Shown here: one piece after another, positions 55,556 through 64,000 of the stretch
Layout: each line of letters opens with the position of its first letter
Position numbering within the stretch: position 1 is the first letter of the stretch
From: Pseudomonadota bacterium
GTDB taxonomy: Bacteria; Bdellovibrionota_B; Oligoflexia; Oligoflexales; CAIYRB01
Reading direction: 5' to 3'
Assembly: GCA_031416315.1 (NCBI GenBank)
Contig: JANOTL010000094.1
Location: forward strand, 41,357 to 105,356
DNA: 64,000 nucleotides
Translations under genes and position numbers: made by a program
The notes under the pieces: generated by a model
Databases searched by the model: none
What the model was told of the DNA's origin: nothing
Seen by the model: only the letters and a program-made list of their open reading frames with translations

Positions 55556-57620
55556 GAATCCAAGGTCTGAGCTTCGACGCTAGGAAGTTCAGATCCGGTT
55601 GGCGCACGCCGACCATAGGCATCCGGCTGGTGAGCGGCGCCGCCTGCATGCGTAGGTAAAGCATGCTCTGGTCGGGCGCGCGCGCCTTGATCAGACGCGT
55701 CGTCGCGGGGAGTCCCGGGATGCCGCCGCTGCCGCCGCGCATCGCCGCCGCGATCTGCTGGATCAAAGGCGTGGTCTGCCGGCTCTCGACCTCGTCCATG
55801 CCGTGATCGAGGAAGAAGCGGTTGGCGCCTTCGCCCGGAACGACGGAGGGCCGGCGGGCGTTGTGGCAGTGCCCGCAGTTCCCGTGCAGATAACCGATCA
55901 CGTCGCGCTCTGCGGTGCTCAGCGCGAAGGTGCGGTGCCTTTGCCACGGAATCGTGAGCGGCGGCAGGACCTTCGCGGCCGCGAGGCTCTCGAGCTCGGC
56001 GCGCGGCAGCTGAAAGCTGGTGAAGCCCAACACCGGCTCCGCATCCGGCCGCGCCGCCGTCTCGCTGCGTTGGTCATGGCAAAGCACGCACTGCCCGTAT
56101 GCCGGGATCTCGTGCGCCGGCAGCGCGCACCCCTCGGGCACCGCCGCCGGAATGGGCGTCGAGCCGTCGCGGCCCTGCCAGCGGCGCGCCTCCGTGCCGT
56201 CCGCGCTCCAGACGTAGGTCGCGAATTCCCAGCGTTCGCCGACCTTCTCCATGAAGCGCGTCTCGACCGGCACCGAGCGGCCGTCTACTTCGCAGCCGAA
56301 CTCCTTCCAAAGCTTCGTGCCGCTCGGGTAGCGCCAGAGCTCGTGACTTTGCGGCTCGATCGCAGCGCCCGCGGGAAGAGCGACTGTACGCCGCTTCGTC
56401 AATCCGTCCGCATAAAGCGGAAATCGCGGCTCGAAGGCGCGCCCCCCGGCCTCGCCGTAGCCCGTCACGGCGAGGGTCTCGTGCGCGGAAATCGCGTAGG
56501 CAGCCTCATCCTCTTCACCCTTGTCGGCGCAGAAGACCGCCGCGATGAGCTGCTTCCGCTTGGGCAGCTCCGCCGCCAAGAACGCCGAGCGCTCCGATTC
56601 CCGCGCCCGCTCGCGCGGCGCCAGATGCAGAAACGAGGTCCCCGTCGCGCGGCCGTGACAGCCGTTGCAGGTCGCCGCCGCGAAGCGCTGCCTGAGCTCG
56701 GGATCGATGCTCTCGTTGCCCTCGAAGAGGTAGTAGCGGTCGTCGAGGAGGAAGGCGCTTGCCGTGCGAAATGGCGCCGGCAAGGTGAGATCCCCGCCGA
56801 CGATCGCCGCGCGATTCGCGAGCGCCCATTGCGCCAGCGGCGACCCGGCGGAGGCGTCGAGCGAAGCGTCCGGCGTCTTGTCGACCGCTTGCATTACCAG
56901 CCGCCGCGCCCGCCGGTCGAGGCCGAACTCGCGCAGATCCCAGCCTTGCCCGAAGAACTGCTCGTTCGTGCGCATTCGCAAAAGCTGGCTCGACCCACCG
57001 TAAGGATACGTGAACTCGTCCGTCAACCGTTGCAGCCCTCGCAAATACGCCTCGCCCGGCGCCAGCGTAGACAGGGCTGCGATGGACCGATACCACGCCG
57101 CGCGCGTCGGTAGGTTCGGCGTCGCGCGCAGCGCGAACTCGAAAATGACGGTGAGATCCCGAGCGCCTTCCTGGGAATCCAGCGCCCCGAAGACCAGGCG
57201 CCCCTCGCCGAAATGGTCCCCCGCCGCCAGATCCGGCCGGAAGACGATGCCGAGCAGATTGAACGGGCTCTTTGCCAGATCGAGCGCCGTCGCGCCCGCC
57301 CGCGGCCAGATCGCGAGCAAAGGGCCCGGCGGCCGCTCGGGCAGCACGAAGCCGTTGAACGTGCGCGTCGCCGAGATCTGCCGCAGCCAGTCGAAGGCGA
57401 CGTCGCCGGCATCCACCGCCGGCGCGACGGCCCGGCGAAAGACGCCGCCGAAGCTCCATGGCCCCGTGCCCTCGGCCCGCGCCGCCTCGACCACGTCGAG
57501 CGCGGTGATCGCCAGCGAGCGGTCCGGGTCGATGCCGTCCTCACAGGCCTCGGCCGCGGCGGCCTTCGCCGCGCCCGAAACCGCGAGGATCATCGCTCCG
57601 AGGAGCCGCCGCCAGCGCAT
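55536..57620 (-). CDS. Exported three-heme c-type cytochrome (two fused modules)
   Basis: Signal peptide; CNGCH, CVLCH, CGHCH; C-terminal half resembles the SO2930-like diheme family. Confidence 0.8.
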   Translation of the reverse strand: MRWRRLLGAMILAVSGAAKAAAAEACEDGIDPDRSLAITALDVVEAARAEGTGPWSFGGVFRRAVAPAVDAGDVAFDWLRQISATRTFNGFVLPERPPGPLLAIWPRAGATALDLAKSPFNLLGIVFRPDLAAGDHFGEGRLVFGALDSQEGARDLTVIFEFALRATPNLPTRAAWYRSIAALSTLAPGEAYLRGLQRLTDEFTYPYGGSSQLLRMRTNEQFFGQGWDLREFGLDRRARRLVMQAVDKTPDASLDASAGSPLAQWALANRAAIVGGDLTLPAPFRTASAFLLDDRYYLFEGNESIDPELRQRFAAATCNGCHGRATGTSFLHLAPRERARESERSAFLAAELPKRKQLIAAVFCADKGEEDEAAYAISAHETLAVTGYGEAGGRAFEPRFPLYADGLTKRRTVALPAGAAIEPQSHELWRYPSGTKLWKEFGCEVDGRSVPVETRFMEKVGERWEFATYVWSADGTEARRWQGRDGSTPIPAAVPEGCALPAHEIPAYGQCVLCHDQRSETAARPDAEPVLGFTSFQLPRAELESLAAAKVLPPLTIPWQRHRTFALSTAERDVIGYLHGNCGHCHNARRPSVVPGEGANRFFLDHGMDEVESRQTTPLIQQIAAAMRGGSGGIPGLPATTRLIKARAPDQSMLYLRMQAAPLTSRMPMVGVRQPDLNFLASKLRPWILSLSGP

Positions 57621-57629
57621 CGCTCCGCC

Positions 57630-59387
57630 TTACCGATGCTCGAGCATCGCCTTCGCGTCGTACGCGATGTTCGTGTAGTGACTTCCGACGTTCGTCTCGA
57701 CGTAGGCGTAGAGCGACGTGACCGACTCGCTTCCCGTCCGCGAGAGGGCGACGCCGACCAAAGGCATGGTGAAGCTGATGTCGTGCTGCGCCTGCGGTGC
57801 GATCGAGCGCTCGGCCGGCGTGGTGAAGACGACGCCGTCGCTGCCTTGGAAGCGGTAGAGCAAGGGCTTCGTGCCGACGTTCGCCATGCCGAAGGTGACG
57901 CTCATGTAGCGGACTCCGTCGCGATCCTCGAGGCGGACGCCCGGGCTCGTGGGACCGAGGATCACGTTCTCGCCGATGCCGCGCCAGCGCAGCGACGGTC
58001 CTTCGGGATGGATCACCTGCAGGACCGTGTTCGCCGTCTGCTCGACGCCGTCGACCGTCACCTTGACTTCGGCGTTGAAGCGGTGGATGCCGAAGGGAGC
58101 GTCGTCACGGACCATGACGTAGACCTCGAGGCCGTACTCGGAGACCGATTGGGTCAGCTCCAGCCATTCAGGCCGGTTTTCGACCGAGACGCTCCAGGAC
58201 GTGGGGTCGACCGGCTTCAGCACCGAGGCGGAGAAGGCGCCGACGCGCTGCACCGTCGTATTGAACCAGACCTCAGGCGCCAGGCTCAGGTTGCCGACGC
58301 GCGGAATCTGGAGGTAGGTGAGGTCGAGGTTGTTCTCCGGAAAGGCGTCGAGAGCGAAGCGGTCGGTCACGTTCATGATGACGCCGAGCACATATTTTCC
58401 AGGCTCCATGTCGCTTACGATCGGCGCGTTCGAATAGTAGTCGACGTGGATGTTGCGGCCCTGCGGGTCGAGCTCGCCGCGCCAGCCGATCGCCGTCCAA
58501 ACCTTGTCGATCTCTTGCGAGGTGTAGGCGCCGACCCGCGCCTTGCCCTGTGCCAGGTCGAGGAACAAGAAGCGCGCCGAGACGTCGTCGTTCCAATGCT
58601 CGTGGTCCGGGATCGCGTCGGCGCCCTCCATGATGCGGAGGATGTTGCGGGAGCGGTGCATCGCCGTATTGCTGCTGAAGTTGAACGAGGCGTTGGCCAC
58701 CTCGTGATAGAGATCGTATTTTCCGCCGCGCGGCGAGCGCACGACGGCGTCGACGCGGCCGAGGTCGAAGAGCTGCGGCGTGACGTTATTGAGCTGCGCC
58801 GCGATGGTCTCCGCCACGAACTCGTCCGCGATCAGATGATGGCCCGGGGCGCGCGCGGGCCGCGGCGCCAGCGGCGCGGGGGCGGGGCCCGGACCGGGGC
58901 CCGGGATGGGCGTCGGCCCGGGCGTCGGCATCGGATCGGGCCCTTCGGCCGGGATCGGCGCGGCGCGCGTGTTGATCGTCACGCCGAGGAAGTAGTCACC
59001 GCCGGCGAGCGCCGGCAGCTCCTGCGCGAGGTCGACGAAGCTTACCTGCTCGCGACGGAGCGAAAGGCTCGTCGCGAACGTCTCGAGGACCACGCCCTGA
59101 CCGACGAGGCTCTTCGCGTAGTCCCGTTTCGGCACGAGGAAGGCCTTGGCGTACATCGTGCGCGCCTCGTCCATGTCCGCACCGCAGTTGGTCAGCTTCA
59201 AGCGGTAGCGGACCACGCCTTGCTCGATCGCGGGCGTGCCCTGCGGCAAGGCCTCGAACTCCGCGACGATGTCGGGGGTGAGCGGATCCTCCCCGCCGCT
59301 GGGGCAAGCGGCCCAGGCGCTCGGCGCGAGGGGGAGCAGGGTGGCGAGGGCGACGTGACGCAATCCGGCGGAAAGAGAGATCGGCAT
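57630..59387 (-). CDS. Secreted hypothetical protein with Pro-rich linker and Ig/CARDB-like segments
   Basis: Signal peptide (SAWA), GAGG RBS, PTPGPTPIPGPGP linker. Confidence 0.75.
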   Translation of the reverse strand: MPISLSAGLRHVALATLLPLAPSAWAACPSGGEDPLTPDIVAEFEALPQGTPAIEQGVVRYRLKLTNCGADMDEARTMYAKAFLVPKRDYAKSLVGQGVVLETFATSLSLRREQVSFVDLAQELPALAGGDYFLGVTINTRAAPIPAEGPDPMPTPGPTPIPGPGPGPAPAPLAPRPARAPGHHLIADEFVAETIAAQLNNVTPQLFDLGRVDAVVRSPRGGKYDLYHEVANASFNFSSNTAMHRSRNILRIMEGADAIPDHEHWNDDVSARFLFLDLAQGKARVGAYTSQEIDKVWTAIGWRGELDPQGRNIHVDYYSNAPIVSDMEPGKYVLGVIMNVTDRFALDAFPENNLDLTYLQIPRVGNLSLAPEVWFNTTVQRVGAFSASVLKPVDPTSWSVSVENRPEWLELTQSVSEYGLEVYVMVRDDAPFGIHRFNAEVKVTVDGVEQTANTVLQVIHPEGPSLRWRGIGENVILGPTSPGVRLEDRDGVRYMSVTFGMANVGTKPLLYRFQGSDGVVFTTPAERSIAPQAQHDISFTMPLVGVALSRTGSESVTSLYAYVETNVGSHYTNIAYDAKAMLEHR

Positions 59388-59700
59388 GGAATAGGACCTC
59401 GGTGCGATTTGTGCGTCAGTCTAACGCACGGACCCCCGAGCAGCACAGCTTGTCATCGCGTTTACCGTTCGGACGCGACATGTCGTCTGACACCGCGGCG
59501 CCACGCGCCCAAAAAGCGCTCACCAGGAGGATTTCGGCGCCTTCGCGGCCCTGCTCACTTCCGCGGCACGAGCGGAGCTCGTCGTCGACACCGACGCCTT
59601 CCCCTTCTACTTCTTCGAGGGAAACCGGACCTTTCGGGGGTACTGTCCCGTAGACGCTCGTGTTTTCGACCACGTTTCGGGACAATGTCTGATGTGTGAG

Positions 59701-59722
59701 GCCGCCACAACGCTGCGGCGGC
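59701..59722 (-). terminator. Stem-loop just after the stop of the 1393-aa gene
   Basis: Minus strand GCCGCCGCA-GCGT-TGTGGCGGC; no U tract. Confidence 0.35.
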
Positions 59723-59733
59723 ATTTGTTTCGG

Positions 59734-62700
59734 TCAGTTGACCTCGTACCAGAGCACCCTCAGCACGTACTCCTGAAGCCGCTCGTACGAATCAGCTCGC
59801 CAGTTCCGTGACAAATGGTACAGCGAGTCGGTCGTCTTGAGGGTCATGAGGGTCTTGCCCAGGTCTTCCGGCTTGGCGAATGCGATCCCCGCGGCGCGCT
59901 CGGCCGGCGTCAGCGCCCGCGCGAGGAGGGCCGTCGCGGCGGTCGTGAGCACGAATTCATGCGCTTCGTTAGAGTTGGCGATCATTTGCGAGAGGGTCGA
60001 ATAGGTTAGTAAATGGCCATTCTCTTTAGTGTTCGAAGCGATCAGCGCGAGCACCGTACTGTGCCAATTCTGGGTCGGAGTTCCCCAATCGGGCGCCAAG
60101 AGATCGCGGCCAAGGAAGAAGGGGTATAGCTTTTCGAGGTGCGTTTTGTAGCAAAGTAGGTCTGGTTTTACCACGGGTGTTCCCGGTTTTTTTTCCGCAC
60201 GACACGCGTCGGTCTTCCATGGAAAGGATTGAGCGAGGTCCGCAAGCTTATGTTTCGCCGTAAAAACTCGGCGTAATTCAAACGCATGAGAGGCCTTGGC
60301 GTGGAGAGGCGCGGCCAGCCGCGGGAAAAAGTAATCCGTCCAACCTTTCGTATAGTCGGCGTTCAAGAAAATTTGCGGCATCCATTGCTCCAGCGGCGCC
60401 GTGCCTGATCGAGCCCAGCGACCGGCGATCTTGGCGGCAAAGTCCTCGCTCATCGGTGCGTAAGGCAGCTTCGGCAGGGCTTCCCTCAAGAACGCCATAC
60501 GTCTCGCGTAGGCGTCGCCGGTCGTCACCAAGGCGGGGTCTGCAGACGGAAGCGCGGGTCCGAGCACCAAGGGCGTGCTCGACTCTTCGCCATCCAGAGC
60601 GCGTAGGAACGCGACGAGATCCGTTTTCTCACCTGCGGTGAGCCCGAGGACCATCATCCCTGGATCGCGACCGTTCGGGAATCGCCCGCCGAGGTTGTAG
60701 AAGTCGACCACTTCTTCGAGAGTCTGGACGGAGCCGTCGTGCATGTAAGGCGAAGTCTTCGATACGTCGCGCAGCGTCGGCGTTCGAAAAGCGCCGCGGT
60801 CCCCCTCGATGCCGGTGATGCGCATCCGGCCGATGTCCGAGCTGACCGGGACCGCAGCGCCGTTTTCGATCCTGGTCGTGCTGAAGTTGGCGAAGCCGGT
60901 ATTGTGGAACGTGTCGTCGCTGAAGTTCGAGCCGGAGTGGCAGCCCGTACAGCCTGCCTTGCCGTTGAAAAGGGCCAATCCCTTGCGCTCGGACGGGTTG
61001 AGGACGTCGACGGCGCTGCCCGGCGCCAGAAAGCGGTCGACGCGCGAGTTGGCGGAACGCAGGGTATCCTGGAACGCCGCCAGACTTCGCCGGATTGCCT
61101 GGGCCGTGATTCCCTGCGGGAAGCCTGCCGCGATGAACGCGGTCTGATAGTCGAAGTCCGGAGCGTCGACGAGATCCGGAATGACGTCCTCGACGCGCGC
61201 ACGACCCATCTCGTCGATGTTGGTGATCGGCAGGCCGACCTGGCTTTCAGAGCCGAAAGCACGGCCGTCTGCCATGAAGCGACTGATATGGGAGGAGTTG
61301 AAAATCGTCGGTGAGTTGCGAGGTAAGGTCACGCCGCCGATGCCGATGCTCGTCGTCTTGCCGGCGTCAGAATAAGCTTTCGCCGGATCGTGGCAAGTCG
61401 TGCAGGCGCTTTGTCCGTCTTTTGATAGCCGCTTTTCGCCGAACAGACGCTTTCCTAGATCGATCTCCTTCGCCGTGTATTTCGCCTTGCGCGCGTGCGG
61501 CGAGACATCTCGCGAGTCCAATCCCACGGGAAGATTGGACGTCTCGGCCGCCACACGCAAGGTGCGATAGCCGGCGTCGCGCCGAATCGCCTCGTGCGGG
61601 CGCTTGCCGTAAGTCATGCGAAACTCGTCGAGCCAGAGCAGCGGACGGACGGTCGAAAGGCTATCAGGGACGAGGCCGAGTTTGAGGTCCGTCGTGGCAA
61701 ACTCGGCGAGCGCCGCGACGCCGGCGGGATACGTTTGGTGGCCGACCTCCACGCCGTCGAGATAGAGCCAAAGATCCGTCGTCGATGCCACGAGGGCGAG
61801 ATGGTGCCACTTGTCGGCACGGATCGCGGCGGTGGTGGAGCCGACGAAACGCTGCGTGCCGTCGACCTTGAGGACGCCATGTGGCAGGTATGAATTGCCG
61901 CTGAGGACGAGCTTGAGCGCGAAGGCGTCCCCCAGTCCGGCCAGGTAGACAGTTCCGCTCCTTGCGGAGAGAAGCTCTTCGTCAGCCAGGAACCATGTAC
62001 TAGCGGTCAAACCGCGGCTGAGCTGAGCGGTGGCGGCACGTTTTGGGGCGACGATCATTCCGCCGCCGCCAAAGCCTACGCATTGACCGCGAAAACAGGC
62101 CGAGCCCCGGTTATAGGGCTTGGTCCCTTGCGGATCGAGCCATTCTTCGGGGAAGTGTGCCGCGCCCACGAGCGTCGCGATCGGCGCTTTCGGTGCATTG
62201 TCCTGGACGGAAACGGGATCGACGGCAAGCATCTCGACCGGTTTGATCCAGGGGGTCCCATCTGGAGTCACTTCCCGCAACTGCCAATACTCGATCATCG
62301 GCAGCGAGACGATGTCCGATTTTTCATTGGTGTCGGCCAGCGAGATTTCGGAGTAGCGTCCGCCGATATCACCCATGAATACGGCATAGACGTTTGGTTC
62401 GCGCAGTAGCGGGATGGTCGCACGCGACTGCGGTTGAAGGCCCCACATCGAGCCGCTCGGGCCAAGCGCGACGAACCGCTGGCGAGATTGGAGATCCCGA
62501 TCGGGGTTCAGCCGGAAGTCGTCGATCGTGCGCATTTGATAGTTGGTGTCGGCGCCGTTCGCGACCCACATAGCTCGCCGGATACCGTTTGATTTAATCG
62601 GCGAGTAGGTGCCGAAGATCGTGCGCCCGGAGAAGTCGACCCAGGGATAGGCCATCTGAACGTTGCGATTTTCCTTCGGCGTCGCATACGGCCATACGAG

Positions 62701-63915
62701 CGGCTTGGCTGCGAGGGGAAAGCGGTCGCCGAGCTTAACGCCGTCGAGTACGACGTCGCGGTCGGAGTAGAGCTCGCCCAAGTTTTTTGGCTCGCTCCAA
62801 CCGAGCGCCGAGCCGCCAGTTTGGTGATAGATATAGGCCGTGTCGTCGATGTACTTGAGGGTCGCGCCGCTGCCGGTCGAATCCGTCCGATGGAAGATGA
62901 TGAGACGCCCGTCCGCGGTGACGGTCGGCTCGATTCCGGCAACTATCCTAGCGTCGACGGCGCTGCCTAGCTTCGACATGAGGGGGGCGAGGCCTTGGCT
63001 GAAGACCTTGGTCCCGAAGATCTCTGCGTACGGCGTGTCCGGATTGGCGACGATGATTCGCGCATATAGCAAGCCGAGCTGGTTGCCTTGCAAGTCACTT
63101 TCACTGCGGGCCCAAGTGTTGCCGATAATCCCGACGTCGTAAGTAAGAAAAGGTCCGCGGTGAACTGGGTAACCGTCTTTGTCGGAGCGGTAGGGGTTCG
63201 CGCCATCAGCGGCAGCGTGGACGGTCGGCCAGCGAAACATCGACACCGTCGTGCGCTGACCGAAGCCGAGCGTGCCGTTCGGGGCGAAGCGGTAGGGAGT
63301 CGAGAGAGCGTCGTTCAAACCATCCGCCCCGAAATCGGGCGAGCCATCGGCGCGAAAGCGAATCGACTCCGGTCGCAGCACGCGGAGGTTCCAGCCGGAG
63401 CTGTGCCCGGAAATGAAGAGTCGAGCGTCCCAAGAAGTGGCGACGGTGTTCTCCAGCTCAGGGGCGTTGCCGGGCGCCAATGGCGTCGTCAAGCTTGCCG
63501 CCGAGCGTGCCGCGACGATCTGTTGTTGCCCGGCGAAATCGGGGACGTCTATCGTCTCGCTGGTTTTTTCGGGAGATTCGTTGGGCCGTCCGATGTTGAA
63601 TTCGAGCGCCTCGACGGTCTTCAGCGCCGCGGCGACGAACTCCACGGCATCCGGATCCGCGAACGCGGGGTCATCTGGTGCGAAGTCGGAGTTTTCAGAC
63701 GTGTCGCCTGTAGGTGCATTGGGTCGCGAGGCAATCGGTCCCGGCGGCTCCTCGCTGGGTGCGGGTCCTACTCCCGGAATGACGGCGGTCGCAGGAGCCA
63801 GCGGATCGACTTTCGCCACGTCGGCTTTTTTACCCTTTTTCGGAGACGCCTTGGGGCCGCCCTTGGCGCACGCGGTCAAAGCAAGCAGGAGGGCGATCGC
63901 AATGCATGATTTCAT
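59734..63915 (-). CDS. 1393-aa lipoprotein: unknown N-terminal region, LamG-like domain, diheme CCP/MauG-family domain, helical C-terminus
   Basis: LTAC lipobox; KWHHLALV...LYLDG; LGKRLF, CTTCH, CTGCH, FRTPTLRD, PYMHDGS, VVDFY. Confidence 0.85.
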   Translation of the reverse strand: MKSCIAIALLLALTACAKGGPKASPKKGKKADVAKVDPLAPATAVIPGVGPAPSEEPPGPIASRPNAPTGDTSENSDFAPDDPAFADPDAVEFVAAALKTVEALEFNIGRPNESPEKTSETIDVPDFAGQQQIVAARSAASLTTPLAPGNAPELENTVATSWDARLFISGHSSGWNLRVLRPESIRFRADGSPDFGADGLNDALSTPYRFAPNGTLGFGQRTTVSMFRWPTVHAAADGANPYRSDKDGYPVHRGPFLTYDVGIIGNTWARSESDLQGNQLGLLYARIIVANPDTPYAEIFGTKVFSQGLAPLMSKLGSAVDARIVAGIEPTVTADGRLIIFHRTDSTGSGATLKYIDDTAYIYHQTGGSALGWSEPKNLGELYSDRDVVLDGVKLGDRFPLAAKPLVWPYATPKENRNVQMAYPWVDFSGRTIFGTYSPIKSNGIRRAMWVANGADTNYQMRTIDDFRLNPDRDLQSRQRFVALGPSGSMWGLQPQSRATIPLLREPNVYAVFMGDIGGRYSEISLADTNEKSDIVSLPMIEYWQLREVTPDGTPWIKPVEMLAVDPVSVQDNAPKAPIATLVGAAHFPEEWLDPQGTKPYNRGSACFRGQCVGFGGGGMIVAPKRAATAQLSRGLTASTWFLADEELLSARSGTVYLAGLGDAFALKLVLSGNSYLPHGVLKVDGTQRFVGSTTAAIRADKWHHLALVASTTDLWLYLDGVEVGHQTYPAGVAALAEFATTDLKLGLVPDSLSTVRPLLWLDEFRMTYGKRPHEAIRRDAGYRTLRVAAETSNLPVGLDSRDVSPHARKAKYTAKEIDLGKRLFGEKRLSKDGQSACTTCHDPAKAYSDAGKTTSIGIGGVTLPRNSPTIFNSSHISRFMADGRAFGSESQVGLPITNIDEMGRARVEDVIPDLVDAPDFDYQTAFIAAGFPQGITAQAIRRSLAAFQDTLRSANSRVDRFLAPGSAVDVLNPSERKGLALFNGKAGCTGCHSGSNFSDDTFHNTGFANFSTTRIENGAAVPVSSDIGRMRITGIEGDRGAFRTPTLRDVSKTSPYMHDGSVQTLEEVVDFYNLGGRFPNGRDPGMMVLGLTAGEKTDLVAFLRALDGEESSTPLVLGPALPSADPALVTTGDAYARRMAFLREALPKLPYAPMSEDFAAKIAGRWARSGTAPLEQWMPQIFLNADYTKGWTDYFFPRLAAPLHAKASHAFELRRVFTAKHKLADLAQSFPWKTDACRAEKKPGTPVVKPDLLCYKTHLEKLYPFFLGRDLLAPDWGTPTQNWHSTVLALIASNTKENGHLLTYSTLSQMIANSNEAHEFVLTTAATALLARALTPAERAAGIAFAKPEDLGKTLMTLKTTDSLYHLSRNWRADSYERLQEYVLRVLWYEVN

Positions 63916-64000
63916 CCGGGTGTTACCTCTGCTTTGGGTATCGGATGAATTCGAACACCCCTTGATGGTGCATGTAGGTCATGGCCCCCCCCCCCGGTTG

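Noticed and set aside
58860..58960. GC-rich short repeats resembling an array
   Set aside because: They encode the Pro/Gly linker of a protein; no repeat-spacer periodicity, so not CRISPR
57213..59699. 828-aa plus-strand ORF, and similar long antisense ORFs such as 1218..2696, 35083..36402 and 55803..57113
   Set aside because: Shadow frames opposite well-supported genes; expected in high-GC DNA and showing no motifs
59480..59730. Coding-like stretch in the gap before the giant gene's stop
   Set aside because: No consistent start or RBS and no recognisable motif
1..64000. tRNA, rRNA, CRISPR, IS, integrase or defence genes
   Set aside because: None recognised by eye; a covariance-model and HMM scan would be needed to exclude small RNAs

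Overview
A GC-rich bacterial chromosomal segment with about 60 CDSs. I saw no rRNA, tRNA, CRISPR array or transposase. The gene families present (a TIGR02147-type HTH protein, 'GFDDND' secreted proteins, many lipoproteins, trypsin-like proteases and c-type cytochromes) suggest a Bdellovibrionota/Oligoflexia or related deltaproteobacterial origin; this is inference only. The first 15 kb is a signalling and stress island. A sigma54 enhancer-binding regulator and a kinase lacking its phospho-His sit among universal stress, CBS, mono-heme/TPR-like and unknown secreted proteins, and seven transcription units there start with a GG-N10-GC sigma54 promoter. The middle carries a cytochrome c peroxidase with a divergent LysR, a lipoprotein CHAD protein, a large hybrid kinase, a cyanophycin-synthetase-like protein with no ATP-grasp domain, pstCAB with a divergent pstS, cls, ggt, and a lexA whose promoter is covered by a candidate new SOS box. 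The right end encodes three large exported proteins: a three-heme fusion cytochrome, an unknown Ig-like protein and a 1393-aa LamG plus MauG/BthA-type diheme lipoprotein. All calls rest on motifs read by eye. No database search was run, and many start codons are my refinements of the supplied ORF track.
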